Shown piece by piece: positions 47,098 through 55,452 of a DNA stretch of 64,000 nt. The notes below the pieces were generated by a model. It had not been told where the DNA came from and did not search any database. It saw nothing but the letters and a program-made list of their open reading frames with translations. A program made the translations under genes and the position numbers. The stretch spans positions 331,799 to 395,798 of the forward strand of contig JBOEGD010000024.1 of the NCBI GenBank assembly GCA_050633245.1, given 5' to 3'. The stretch comes from Calditrichia bacterium. GTDB taxonomy: Bacteria; Calditrichota; Calditrichia; RBG-13-44-9; J075. Numbering within the stretch: the stretch's first letter is position 1; the number at the start of each line of letters is the position of its first letter.

Positions 47098-47801
47098 CAG
47101 TTTTCTCCCGCCATCAAATTGGCAACGGCACGTTCCAGCCGTTCTTCTCCGGTCAGCTCAATCATTGTGGAAAGCTCTCCGCTATAAATGATCTTCCCTT
47201 CGTTGAGGTAGATCAGCTTGTCGGCTAATTCTTCAATGTCGCTCATCACATGAGACGTTAGCAGAACCGTTGCTCCCTGCGCACGATATGCAGCAATGTG
47301 TTCCTTTAAGATGCCTGCGGCCAATGGATCTAAACCTGCCGTGGGTTCATCCAAAATCAGAACATTTGGTTTAAACATAAACGCCAGTGCTGCGCTCAGC
47401 TTTTGGCGGGTTCCTCCGGAAAGAGTATGGACTGGTTTCGCCTCTTCTCCGGCCAACATAAAACGTTGCCAGAGGGTTAAATCATAGCTGGATTCCGAGC
47501 GTATGTTGCGAATGAGGGATACCACTTCAGCAACCGACAGATTATCCGGGTATCTGGCAATCTGCGGCATGTAGCCAATCTGAGACCGATAGTCCGGGTT
47601 GCTGTTTACATGATGGCCATTAACCGTCATTTCCCCTCTGTTTGGACGAACGAGCCCTAATAGAGACTTTATGAGCGTGGTTTTTCCACAGCCATTATGG
47701 CCGAGGATTGCCGTAACTTCACCGGGTCGCATTTCGGCATTCAAATCTTCAAAAACACTTAGTTTTCCATAGGCTTTACACAGGTTTCTTATTGTAATCA
47801 T
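47097..47801 (-). CDS. nosF: NosF ABC ATP-binding protein
   Basis: GHNGCGKT, IGYMPQ, LSGGTRQK, DEPTAGLDP; between nosD and nosY. Confidence 0.9.
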   Translation of the reverse strand: MITIRNLCKAYGKLSVFEDLNAEMRPGEVTAILGHNGCGKTTLIKSLLGLVRPNRGEMTVNGHHVNSNPDYRSQIGYMPQIARYPDNLSVAEVVSLIRNIRSESSYDLTLWQRFMLAGEEAKPVHTLSGGTRQKLSAALAFMFKPNVLILDEPTAGLDPLAAGILKEHIAAYRAQGATVLLTSHVMSDIEELADKLIYLNEGKIIYSGELSTMIELTGEERLERAVANLMAGEN

Positions 47802-49117
47802 CGCTTGAACCTCTTCATCGCCGGCCGCGTGTCCACAAGGGTTTCCGGAGTCAGGACGGGAAAAACCCGTTCAGCAACATCCAGTAGATCTACAAAAATA
47901 CTTCGTAGCAAAATTAGAGAAGGAGGATGCTTTTCTACAATCAGAGCAAAGAGGCGCACCGGTCTGAAAGGAACATCTCCTGTCCCGTCTTTATCGAGAT
48001 CATAGCCGTTATAAGCACTCCAGTAGTTTCCTTCAAATCGACTAAAATTATTGCGACTGTTTGTTGCTACATCGAAGGCATTAGCAATAAAGTTGTTTTC
48101 TGAAACCTGGTTCTGAGTGCAGTTCGCCATTATCTTTACTGCCCAACCATTAGATTGAAAAGTATTGCGGACAACCTCAGTACGATTTGAATTTTCGAGA
48201 TACATTCCGATGGAGTTGCCGGTAAAGTGATTTGCGCGAATACGACTGTCAGAAATGTCTTTTAGCAATAAGCCGTAGGAGGCACTTCCCCAATTGTGCT
48301 CAAAGCGATTGCTGTCCATTTCAACATTCTTGGTATACATAACGGCTACACCGGCACCGTTACGCCGGAACGTATTGGCGATATAGCGACAATGATCTGA
48401 AAACATAAAGTGCAGACCGTAGCGAAGGTTTCCTGTGCAGGTATTGTTCTTCACAAAACCATTCTTTACAAATTCAAAATATATACCGTCACGATGTCCG
48501 ATCACCTCATTGTTACTCACAACTACGTCCTTGCAATACCAAAGGTGGATACCATTTGCTGAAGCAGATTGGCGGACTGTGTTCGCAATAATTTTATTAC
48601 CGATGATTCTGGATCCCTGAGACTTTGCCAGATAGATTGCAAAAAAATTGTTGATGAATCGACAGTTTTCGATAACGCAATAGTTCACGCTTTCAATTTT
48701 GATTGCAGCACGATCATCGATAAAGCTGGTTCCGCAGCGCGTTAGTGTTAAACCACGAATGCGTACGCTGTCTGCCGTTACGGTAAATATCTGACGCAGG
48801 CTGTCTCCATCGAAAACCGGATTGCCAATTCCCTGAATAGAAATCGCCTTGTTTATAATAATTGTTGGCTCTTTATACGTGCCGGCAAATACTCGAACGC
48901 TGTCGCCGCCTTGCGCTGCGGCGATAGCATCTGAAAGGGTTGCAAAACGCTGATTGGGACCGACAAGATGCGTTTCGGCATTTAGCCTCAAGCTAAAAAT
49001 TGCACTGTTAAAAAGAATAGCCAGCAAAAAGAAAAGGAGCTTCCTCTCGAAGAAATTCTGGCGTGTTATTGCAGCATACATAACGATTTTCCCTACACTA
49101 TTTCTGTGTGGACGCAA
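47798..49117 (-). CDS. nosD: nitrous oxide reductase maturation protein NosD
   Basis: Beta-helix; NGIHLW, HRDGIYFEF, LRYGLHFMFS, GNYWSAYNGYDLDKDGTGDVP; start may be 49081. Confidence 0.93.
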   Translation of the reverse strand: MRPHRNSVGKIVMYAAITRQNFFERKLLFFLLAILFNSAIFSLRLNAETHLVGPNQRFATLSDAIAAAQGGDSVRVFAGTYKEPTIIINKAISIQGIGNPVFDGDSLRQIFTVTADSVRIRGLTLTRCGTSFIDDRAAIKIESVNYCVIENCRFINNFFAIYLAKSQGSRIIGNKIIANTVRQSASANGIHLWYCKDVVVSNNEVIGHRDGIYFEFVKNGFVKNNTCTGNLRYGLHFMFSDHCRYIANTFRRNGAGVAVMYTKNVEMDSNRFEHNWGSASYGLLLKDISDSRIRANHFTGNSIGMYLENSNRTEVVRNTFQSNGWAVKIMANCTQNQVSENNFIANAFDVATNSRNNFSRFEGNYWSAYNGYDLDKDGTGDVPFRPVRLFALIVEKHPPSLILLRSIFVDLLDVAERVFPVLTPETLVDTRPAMKRFKR

Positions 49118-50123
49118 ATAATTGTGTTTTGGGCCAATCCATTAAGGTTCCGCCTAAGTCTTTCTGTAGCTGTTTTGCCTGGCTTTTTGCACTGACAGCT
49201 AAAACGCCAAGTCCCATTGGACTTCGAATCTTTTTACTGTAGAGGTAAATGGCTGACGTGGCATCAATAAGTAGACCAGGCTTTTGCCAGTCCGTTACCC
49301 ACATTGAATGCGCTTTTTCATCAGGGGCGAGCGAAAATGCCACCAGACACTCGATGGAGTCGAAGGTATACACTTTATGCGTATCTGTAACGAGCTCTGC
49401 TCCAAAACGTGCATCCGATATCCCCATCATGCAGAGGGAACATGCATCTTCGTTATAGCGAATCTCTCGTGGCTTTGGTTCGCATGAGAAAAGACTTAGC
49501 GCTAAAATTGCCAGCAGAGAGCCGTTGATAACTTTTGCTGCTGCTAGATTTTTTGCTTTGCGCCATGGAAGTGAGGCCCAACCGGCAAGCAAGATAGAAA
49601 GAATGACCAGATAGCCACCCGATGCCGGAAGTGAAATAGCGGTAAAATTGAGCAGTTGCTTTCGTCCGATCACTGGTGGTTGATAGGACATTCCGGGAAT
49701 CTTAATGATGGCATTTTCCTGATCCAGATTATGTCCATAATCATAACCCCAGAGGTAAAAGTCGTATAGGCCTGCCGCGCTGAGCATTAAAAAGGTGGCC
49801 AGCCATAGTAAGAGAAGTTTCCGCTTTCCCGTATAGGCGACTAAGAGCCCAAAAAGCATCATAAACCCAATTATATAGGGCATGTACTTAAGTTCAAGAA
49901 TTGAATCAGGCACGATCTTCTTCATGCCGATATAGTGGTTCAGATTATTGATTTTACTCAGGTCGTGTGGATTTTGTCCGTCAATCGTGTCAACCCAAAT
50001 TCGCAATCCAATCCCTTCAGGATACTGAGGTGCTTCCAGCGAAATATTCCAAAGTGGCATAAAGTAGACGCCCACGAGTAATAGAGAGGCGATGGTCATG
50101 ATAATACGGGATTTGACTGTCAT
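49098..50123 (-). CDS. nosL: NosB-NosL fusion protein
   Basis: N-terminal LEAPQYPEG, LNHYIGM, YGHNLD, YQPP (NosB-type); C-terminal CSLCMMGI, FDSIECL, SPMG (NosL). Confidence 0.85.
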   Translation of the reverse strand: MTVKSRIIMTIASLLLVGVYFMPLWNISLEAPQYPEGIGLRIWVDTIDGQNPHDLSKINNLNHYIGMKKIVPDSILELKYMPYIIGFMMLFGLLVAYTGKRKLLLLWLATFLMLSAAGLYDFYLWGYDYGHNLDQENAIIKIPGMSYQPPVIGRKQLLNFTAISLPASGGYLVILSILLAGWASLPWRKAKNLAAAKVINGSLLAILALSLFSCEPKPREIRYNEDACSLCMMGISDARFGAELVTDTHKVYTFDSIECLVAFSLAPDEKAHSMWVTDWQKPGLLIDATSAIYLYSKKIRSPMGLGVLAVSAKSQAKQLQKDLGGTLMDWPKTQLFASTQK

Positions 50124-50164
50124 TTTCTCAAACTCCCGGCTACGAATTTGCAGCCTTTAGTGGT

Positions 50165-50194
50165 GGAAGAAGCGGACATTCGCCCGCTTCTTCC
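50165..50194 (-). terminator. hairpin after nosZ (mRNA stabiliser or partial terminator)
   Basis: GGAAGAAGCGG-N8-CCGCTTCTTCC. Confidence 0.7.
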
Positions 50195-50200
50195 TGATAG

Positions 50201-52165
50201 TTAACGCTTGTTATAGCTTATTGCCAGACTTGATGTTGCAGGAGAGACGCGAACATACCCCTGCATTTCCTGGTGCAGCGCAGAACAAAAGTCCGTGCAG
50301 TAAAATGGAAATACACCAATTCTGTCTGGATACCAAACAAGAGTTCTTGTCTCCCCAGGCATGACCAGTAGCTCGGAGTTATTTGCCCCCATTACAGCGA
50401 AGCCGTGTGGCACGTCCCAATCCTGCTCCAGATTTGTGATATGCCAGAAGACTTTGTCACCAACTTTCACACCTTCAATATTGTCTGGAGTAAAGTGGCT
50501 GCGAATAGTTGAACAGTAGATATGAACTTCTTTACCGTTTCTCTCGACCCGAGCCTCTTTTTCTGACTTGATCGCGAAAGGGTGCGTGTTCTCTTCAATT
50601 GGAAACATTTTTGTCGAGTTTGCCATAATCAATTCTGCCGGCAGAGCCTGGGCATAGTGCGGCTCACCGAGTGTGGGGAAGTCCAGCAAAAGCTCCATTT
50701 TATCACCAGAGATATCGAATAGCTGAGCGGAGTGCGCGAGTTCCGGGCCCGTCGGCAGATAGCGATCTTTAGTGATCTTGTTCAAGCCGATAACATATTT
50801 CCCCCACGGCTTCTGACTATCTCCCCCGGGAATCATCAGGTGTCCGATGGAATAATAGCACGGTACTCTATCGACTACTTCCCAGGTTCCGAGTTGCCAC
50901 TTTACGATCTCAGAGGAAATGAATGCCGACGTATAGGCATAGCCCTTGCCATCGAACTCGGTATGTAGAGGGCCAAGACCCGGATTTTCCACTTCGCCAG
51001 CGAGAACGGCTTCGTATTTCAGGACAGGAATTCCATCCACTTCGCCTTCAAACTCTTTGTCTTCAATTGCTTTCAACATTTTTGTAAACGAGTGGACCGG
51101 GATAATCGTTGCCAGTTTACCACCGGCCACGATGTACTCACCGCTTGGATCGACGTCAACGCCATGAGGTGACTTCGGAGTCGGCAAATAATAGATTAGA
51201 CCGGGTATTTCTTTGGGGTCAAGCATCCGGACAGATGTCTTTTTCTCTGACACTGCGCTTCTGCTACCATGATCCATGTAGTTGTGATAATACTCTGCCG
51301 GCACCGTGCGAAAATTCCCTTGTGCCAGCGCTTCTTCAGCTTTTTTCCAGTTTACCGCTGCGACAAAGTCCTTATCGTTCTGCGAGGCATTGATTTCAAG
51401 CAGCTCATTGGCCTCTTCAGTATTGTACGATGTGAAAAATGACCAGCCGTGTGAAGGACCTTTGCCGGAGTGAGAGAGATCGTAATTATATCCGGGAACC
51501 AGAATTTGGAATGCCAGTTCCATATGGCCTTTATCGTTATATGGATCGATGAAGGTCATTGTGCCCTTGAAGTGCTTCTTGTATTCAGAAATCGGTACGT
51601 CTTTCTGCGGAATTGGAACGCTAAAACGCGTTGAGGCGACAATATACTCCGAATTCGGTGTTACGAATGGAGATGCGTGATTACCACCGGAGTGTGGGAT
51701 CTCGATGATTTCATCGGTTTCGAAATCTTTGAGATCTATTCTGGCAATTCGCGGCGTATTGTTACCGTTGATGAATATGGATCGCCCGTCCGGTACGCCG
51801 TCAGTCATGGATAGTTCCGGGTGGTGCGCATCATCCCAAGGGATAAAGCCATGACTGGTCATCAGCATGCCCTTGGTTTCTTCGGCATATCCATAGCCGT
51901 TCTCGGCGTTTTGCGAGAATACCGGAATAACGCGAAATAATCGTCCTGAGGGCAGTCCGTATACAGTGAGCTGGCCACTGAATCCACCGGAGAAGAAACC
52001 GTAAAACTCATCATACTCTCCAGGTGGCACATACACTTTCGAAGCTGCGTCACTTCCGGTGAGAAGCGGCTGTTTTTGCCCGCTACAGGCAATGGCAATA
52101 CCGAGCAAAACGGCGACAATCCCCACAATTTTGCCAAGCCTCTTTAAAAGGTTCATACTTAACAT
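50201..52165 (-). CDS. nosZ: Sec-dependent (clade II) nitrous oxide reductase, lipoprotein
   Basis: CuZ histidines in DAHHP, GNHAS, SPHG, PLHT, IGHL, EPHY; CuA motif HGF...CTDFCSALHQEM; lipobox AIAC and no twin-Arg; GGAGG 7 nt before ATG 52165. Confidence 0.97.
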   Translation of the reverse strand: MLSMNLLKRLGKIVGIVAVLLGIAIACSGQKQPLLTGSDAASKVYVPPGEYDEFYGFFSGGFSGQLTVYGLPSGRLFRVIPVFSQNAENGYGYAEETKGMLMTSHGFIPWDDAHHPELSMTDGVPDGRSIFINGNNTPRIARIDLKDFETDEIIEIPHSGGNHASPFVTPNSEYIVASTRFSVPIPQKDVPISEYKKHFKGTMTFIDPYNDKGHMELAFQILVPGYNYDLSHSGKGPSHGWSFFTSYNTEEANELLEINASQNDKDFVAAVNWKKAEEALAQGNFRTVPAEYYHNYMDHGSRSAVSEKKTSVRMLDPKEIPGLIYYLPTPKSPHGVDVDPSGEYIVAGGKLATIIPVHSFTKMLKAIEDKEFEGEVDGIPVLKYEAVLAGEVENPGLGPLHTEFDGKGYAYTSAFISSEIVKWQLGTWEVVDRVPCYYSIGHLMIPGGDSQKPWGKYVIGLNKITKDRYLPTGPELAHSAQLFDISGDKMELLLDFPTLGEPHYAQALPAELIMANSTKMFPIEENTHPFAIKSEKEARVERNGKEVHIYCSTIRSHFTPDNIEGVKVGDKVFWHITNLEQDWDVPHGFAVMGANNSELLVMPGETRTLVWYPDRIGVFPFYCTDFCSALHQEMQGYVRVSPATSSLAISYNKR

Positions 52166-52243
52166 GTTCATACCTCCAATTTTTTTAACAGATAATGCAA
52201 TCAATACTCGATTACCCGGTTAGGGTTACTTCAAATGCTCTTA

Positions 52244-52732
52244 TCAGTGACTCGTCCTTGCTTCCAGTCTCAGATATTCCAGGATTTTTCGCGCGTCTTC
52301 TTCTGTCACGTTTTGGAAGGCCATTGGTGTGTAATACTGCGCGAGCAGCCTCTTGACTTCCGGGTGATATTTAATCATCGATGCCGGATCGAGAATCATA
52401 TTCATTATGAATTCAGGTGAACGGCGTATCGCAACGTCGCCGAGAGGTGGGCCAACATAGCGTTCGCTCATTTTATGGCAGACGCTACACTTGGTTTCGA
52501 AGATTTTCTGACCACTGGCAGCTATCTTTTCATCAATAGGGTCTAGCTTCATTTCTTCTTTAATCGGACCCATTCCATGAATTAATTGCCATTCATTGAG
52601 TGCGCCCTCGGGATTGTTCTTCTTGGCGTATTTGGTTGGTTTTGGCTTGCCACCCGATTCGGATGAATCCGGGCCGCAGCTCATAAGAACTCCGATAAGC
52701 AGGAGCGCTAAAATCTTAAATAAGCACTTCAT
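52244..52732 (-). CDS. monoheme cytochrome c lipoprotein (nos-associated)
   Basis: LMSC lipobox; CSVCH; VGPPL; PM axial Met. Confidence 0.9.
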   Translation of the reverse strand: MKCLFKILALLLIGVLMSCGPDSSESGGKPKPTKYAKKNNPEGALNEWQLIHGMGPIKEEMKLDPIDEKIAASGQKIFETKCSVCHKMSERYVGPPLGDVAIRRSPEFIMNMILDPASMIKYHPEVKRLLAQYYTPMAFQNVTEEDARKILEYLRLEARTSH

Positions 52733-52750
52733 AAAGTCTCCAATTCAGTT

Positions 52751-52770
52751 TTAAGAGTCTTTTGTCTTTA
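52751..52770. promoter_or_regulatory. putative Rrf2 operator 1
   Basis: TTAAGAGTCTTTTGTCTTTA; 16/20 identical to 53255-53274. Confidence 0.6.
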
Positions 52771-52786
52771 ATTATTGTAAATTTTT

Positions 52787-53239
52787 TTACTTTTTTGTCT
52801 CTTTTGATACGTCTTCAATCCTAAGTCCTTCACTGGTAATCTTGTTTGCCAGTCCTGCAACTGTCGTTTCCGCCAGCATTTGCTGTAGACCGGCTCTGTA
52901 GTCTGACCATTGTTCGTGAAGGGGACATGGTTGCTGTTCGCCGCATCCGGGCAGACCAAGAATGCATTCTTCAAAAATCTCTTTGCCGCTTATGGCAATG
53001 ACGATTTCGGCGATTGAGATATTCTCCGTCGGCTTCGCCAGCGCAACTCCACCTTTTGGTCCGCGATAGGAATTCATTATGCCTTTCTGAGTAAGCGTTT
53101 GCAGAATTTTTGTGAGGAAGTGGAAGGATATTCCCAATTCTTTTGCAATACGCTTTATCGGCACGAATTCTTTACCGCCGTAGCTGGCGGTAAATAAAAC
53201 GGCGCGAATAGCATAAATACATGTTTTAGAGAGTATCAT
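52787..53239 (-). CDS. Rrf2 family Fe-S transcriptional regulator
   Basis: YAIRA, FLTKILQ, SYRGPKGG; C-X6-C-X5-C-X2-H. Confidence 0.92.
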   Translation of the reverse strand: MILSKTCIYAIRAVLFTASYGGKEFVPIKRIAKELGISFHFLTKILQTLTQKGIMNSYRGPKGGVALAKPTENISIAEIVIAISGKEIFEECILGLPGCGEQQPCPLHEQWSDYRAGLQQMLAETTVAGLANKITSEGLRIEDVSKETKK

Positions 53240-53254
53240 TGGTCGTCCCAGTAA

Positions 53255-53274
53255 TTAGGAGTTCTTTGTCTTAA
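53255..53274. promoter_or_regulatory. putative Rrf2 operator 2 (autoregulatory)
   Basis: TTAGGAGTTCTTTGTCTTAA imperfect palindrome, 15 nt upstream of rrf2. Confidence 0.6.
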
Positions 53275-53460
53275 ATATCAGGTACAAGCAGATATTTGTC
53301 AATACTGAAAAAAAATCGACACTCATCTTACCTTGATTGAGCGATAACAGTCATCTTTTGTGAAAAATGGAGTTTGTCGGCTGTTTTTTAATAAAAGGAC
53401 GATATTTATTCAAAATCCGGTTCTTTTTTTATAATTAAAATTGAGAGCTGTCGAGCTCCC

Positions 53461-53491
53461 AAACTGCTCCATTGTGAGAATGCTCCAGTCT
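53461..53491. repeat. degenerate REP-like family B remnant
   Basis: AAACTGCTCCATT and GAATGCTCCAGTCT are two tandem right arms. Confidence 0.5.
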
Positions 53492-53721
53492 GTCATTTTT
53501 CATGCCAGATCTGCTGATATTTCAGCATACTGCCGGGATGTCAGCACAAATACTATTTCTTCTCTTCTGAAATGATTGTTATCGATTCAATAAAAACAAT
53601 GTCTTACATGTTTTTGACCTCACCTGAACCTGATTGGCATACAATTGGAAATACCTCCTGAATATAATTGATCGATACACTCATTTGGTCGGAGTGAATT
53701 AATAATCAGGAGAAAGAAGAT

Positions 53722-55170
53722 ATGAAGAATGAATCACTGCTGTTTACCGGTGGATTAAGCAGACGTCGTATGTTGGGCACGCTGATGCTCGGTTCCGGAG
53801 CGATTTTATCAGGAATGGGTATGACTTCAATAGGAGATCGAGCCAGCCGCAGAGGACAGACGATTCTAAGCGGGATTTCAAACATGCCAAAGGGACTGGA
53901 AGAAGCTGTGCAATTCCCGCTGATCGAAGCTCTGTATGGCAGACGCGCTCGCCGTTTTGCACTTGGAGATGAAATTGAGGATGGGCCACTGAAGTTTAAG
54001 TCAAAGTTCGAACCGATGGGACTATCCGATCTGGAGCAGATGATGGTGCTGGCTGCCGCAGCTGGCAATACCGGTTGGCATAATATGATCTATCGTAACA
54101 AGACATACGCGCCTCATCTTTCCAATTATTCTGCAGCAGCGGGTGGGCGTACCTTCCCGAGCGCGGCCGGGTTTCATACCACCGAGTTTTTCTTTACTGA
54201 CGATACCGGTGTGTATTTCCTGCCCACTCGTGATTCCGGCAATCTGGTTCCGGCAAGTAGTGATGGTTCGTTTGATTTAGATGGCTGGCTAAAGGCTCAT
54301 AAAAAGCGCATCGTAAAATTGGCGGACGGGCGATTGAATTTGCCTGCCGAGGAACCGTACATGGAAGGACATAACACTTGGTGCGTAAATCGTCCTGGAA
54401 GTACGCTGATCATTCCGGTTGCCGATATCGCGCAGCATATGGTTCTAACTCTGTGTTACCTGGTGCAGAATGGCTACTGCGTATACAATGATGTGCATAA
54501 TGAGAAAATTCCCGGTATGGAAAAATTCAAGGATATTGTGGATATTGAAAATCCTTATCCACTAACCTTTATGGAACAGTATGCGCTTACCGAATCCACA
54601 GCAGAGGTCTCAACAGCCTGTTATGCCGGTATGCTGATGTTGCAGGCTATCGGGCTGGGCGGCTGGATGTTCGACGGTATTGATCGCTTTAGCATGCTTG
54701 GCGCCAGTGGAAATCCACAAGTGCCGGGACTGGGATTTAACTTTGAGACTCGCGAAGATTGGCCTTTACCGCATGTTACGGGACTACCTGGAATTTTTGA
54801 AGGATTAACGCCCCCGCACGTTGCCGATATGACAGAGGCTGTCAAGAAAGTTGTCGATCGCAAGTTCAACACCGGTGGGCCATTTAATAAGAAAACACCA
54901 GGGCCATGGAAGGAAAGCCCGCGCGTTCGCGATAGTGCACAGTTTCACGACCCGCATTTTCAGGAATGTGTTGCAACCCAAGCCCAGTATGTCTTTGATA
55001 AGTTCGGTAAGTTCCCGGCAACTGTTCCGGCAATCTTTATTCTCACCTACCTACAGGCGCATAACCTCGACCTTGAATTCTATGATACCTTTTTCAAGGA
55101 TGGTGCCTATTTACAGACACATGCGCAGCACAATGAGTTGTGGAACCGTCAGCCGAAGCGCAGAGGATAA
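53722..55170 (+). CDS. conserved hypothetical protein, Tat-like signal, nitroreductase-like motifs
   Basis: SRRRMLG plus hydrophobic stretch; LIEALYGRRARRF and RTFPSAAG; LQAIGLGGW; AGGAG RBS. Confidence 0.75.
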   Translation: MKNESLLFTGGLSRRRMLGTLMLGSGAILSGMGMTSIGDRASRRGQTILSGISNMPKGLEEAVQFPLIEALYGRRARRFALGDEIEDGPLKFKSKFEPMGLSDLEQMMVLAAAAGNTGWHNMIYRNKTYAPHLSNYSAAAGGRTFPSAAGFHTTEFFFTDDTGVYFLPTRDSGNLVPASSDGSFDLDGWLKAHKKRIVKLADGRLNLPAEEPYMEGHNTWCVNRPGSTLIIPVADIAQHMVLTLCYLVQNGYCVYNDVHNEKIPGMEKFKDIVDIENPYPLTFMEQYALTESTAEVSTACYAGMLMLQAIGLGGWMFDGIDRFSMLGASGNPQVPGLGFNFETREDWPLPHVTGLPGIFEGLTPPHVADMTEAVKKVVDRKFNTGGPFNKKTPGPWKESPRVRDSAQFHDPHFQECVATQAQYVFDKFGKFPATVPAIFILTYLQAHNLDLEFYDTFFKDGAYLQTHAQHNELWNRQPKRRG

Positions 55171-55198
55171 CCTCTTCCCTGGAGTTTAGCCTCTACAT

Positions 55199-55238
55199 AA
55201 CCCCGTCAAGGTGCATGATTGTATTTTGACGGGGTTTT
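55199..55238 (+). terminator. intrinsic terminator
   Basis: AACCCCGTCAA...TTGACGGGGTTTT. Confidence 0.75.
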
Positions 55239-55452
55239 CAATAGCTAGAAAATAATCTCCGCAATTCTGCCATCTCAAGATAATCTTTGTTATTCATAGG
55301 TGACCTGACTATCTTTTTTTACTCCATCAAAAGTTTGTGGCATTCATTATGTGTTGCATAAAGTAGATATCCGCGGGTCGCTTATACAGCAATCTGCGTG
55401 ATTTTTTCTGTGTTGTGCGGGAAGTATTTCGCAATACCATTGGGGAGGATAT

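Noticed and set aside
53635-53649. Sigma54 promoter upstream of the Tat protein
   Set aside because: TGGCAT matches -24, but the -12 position reads GA rather than GC.
53240-53721. FNR/DNR box for the nos operon
   Set aside because: No TTGAT-N4-ATCAA found by eye; only half-sites.
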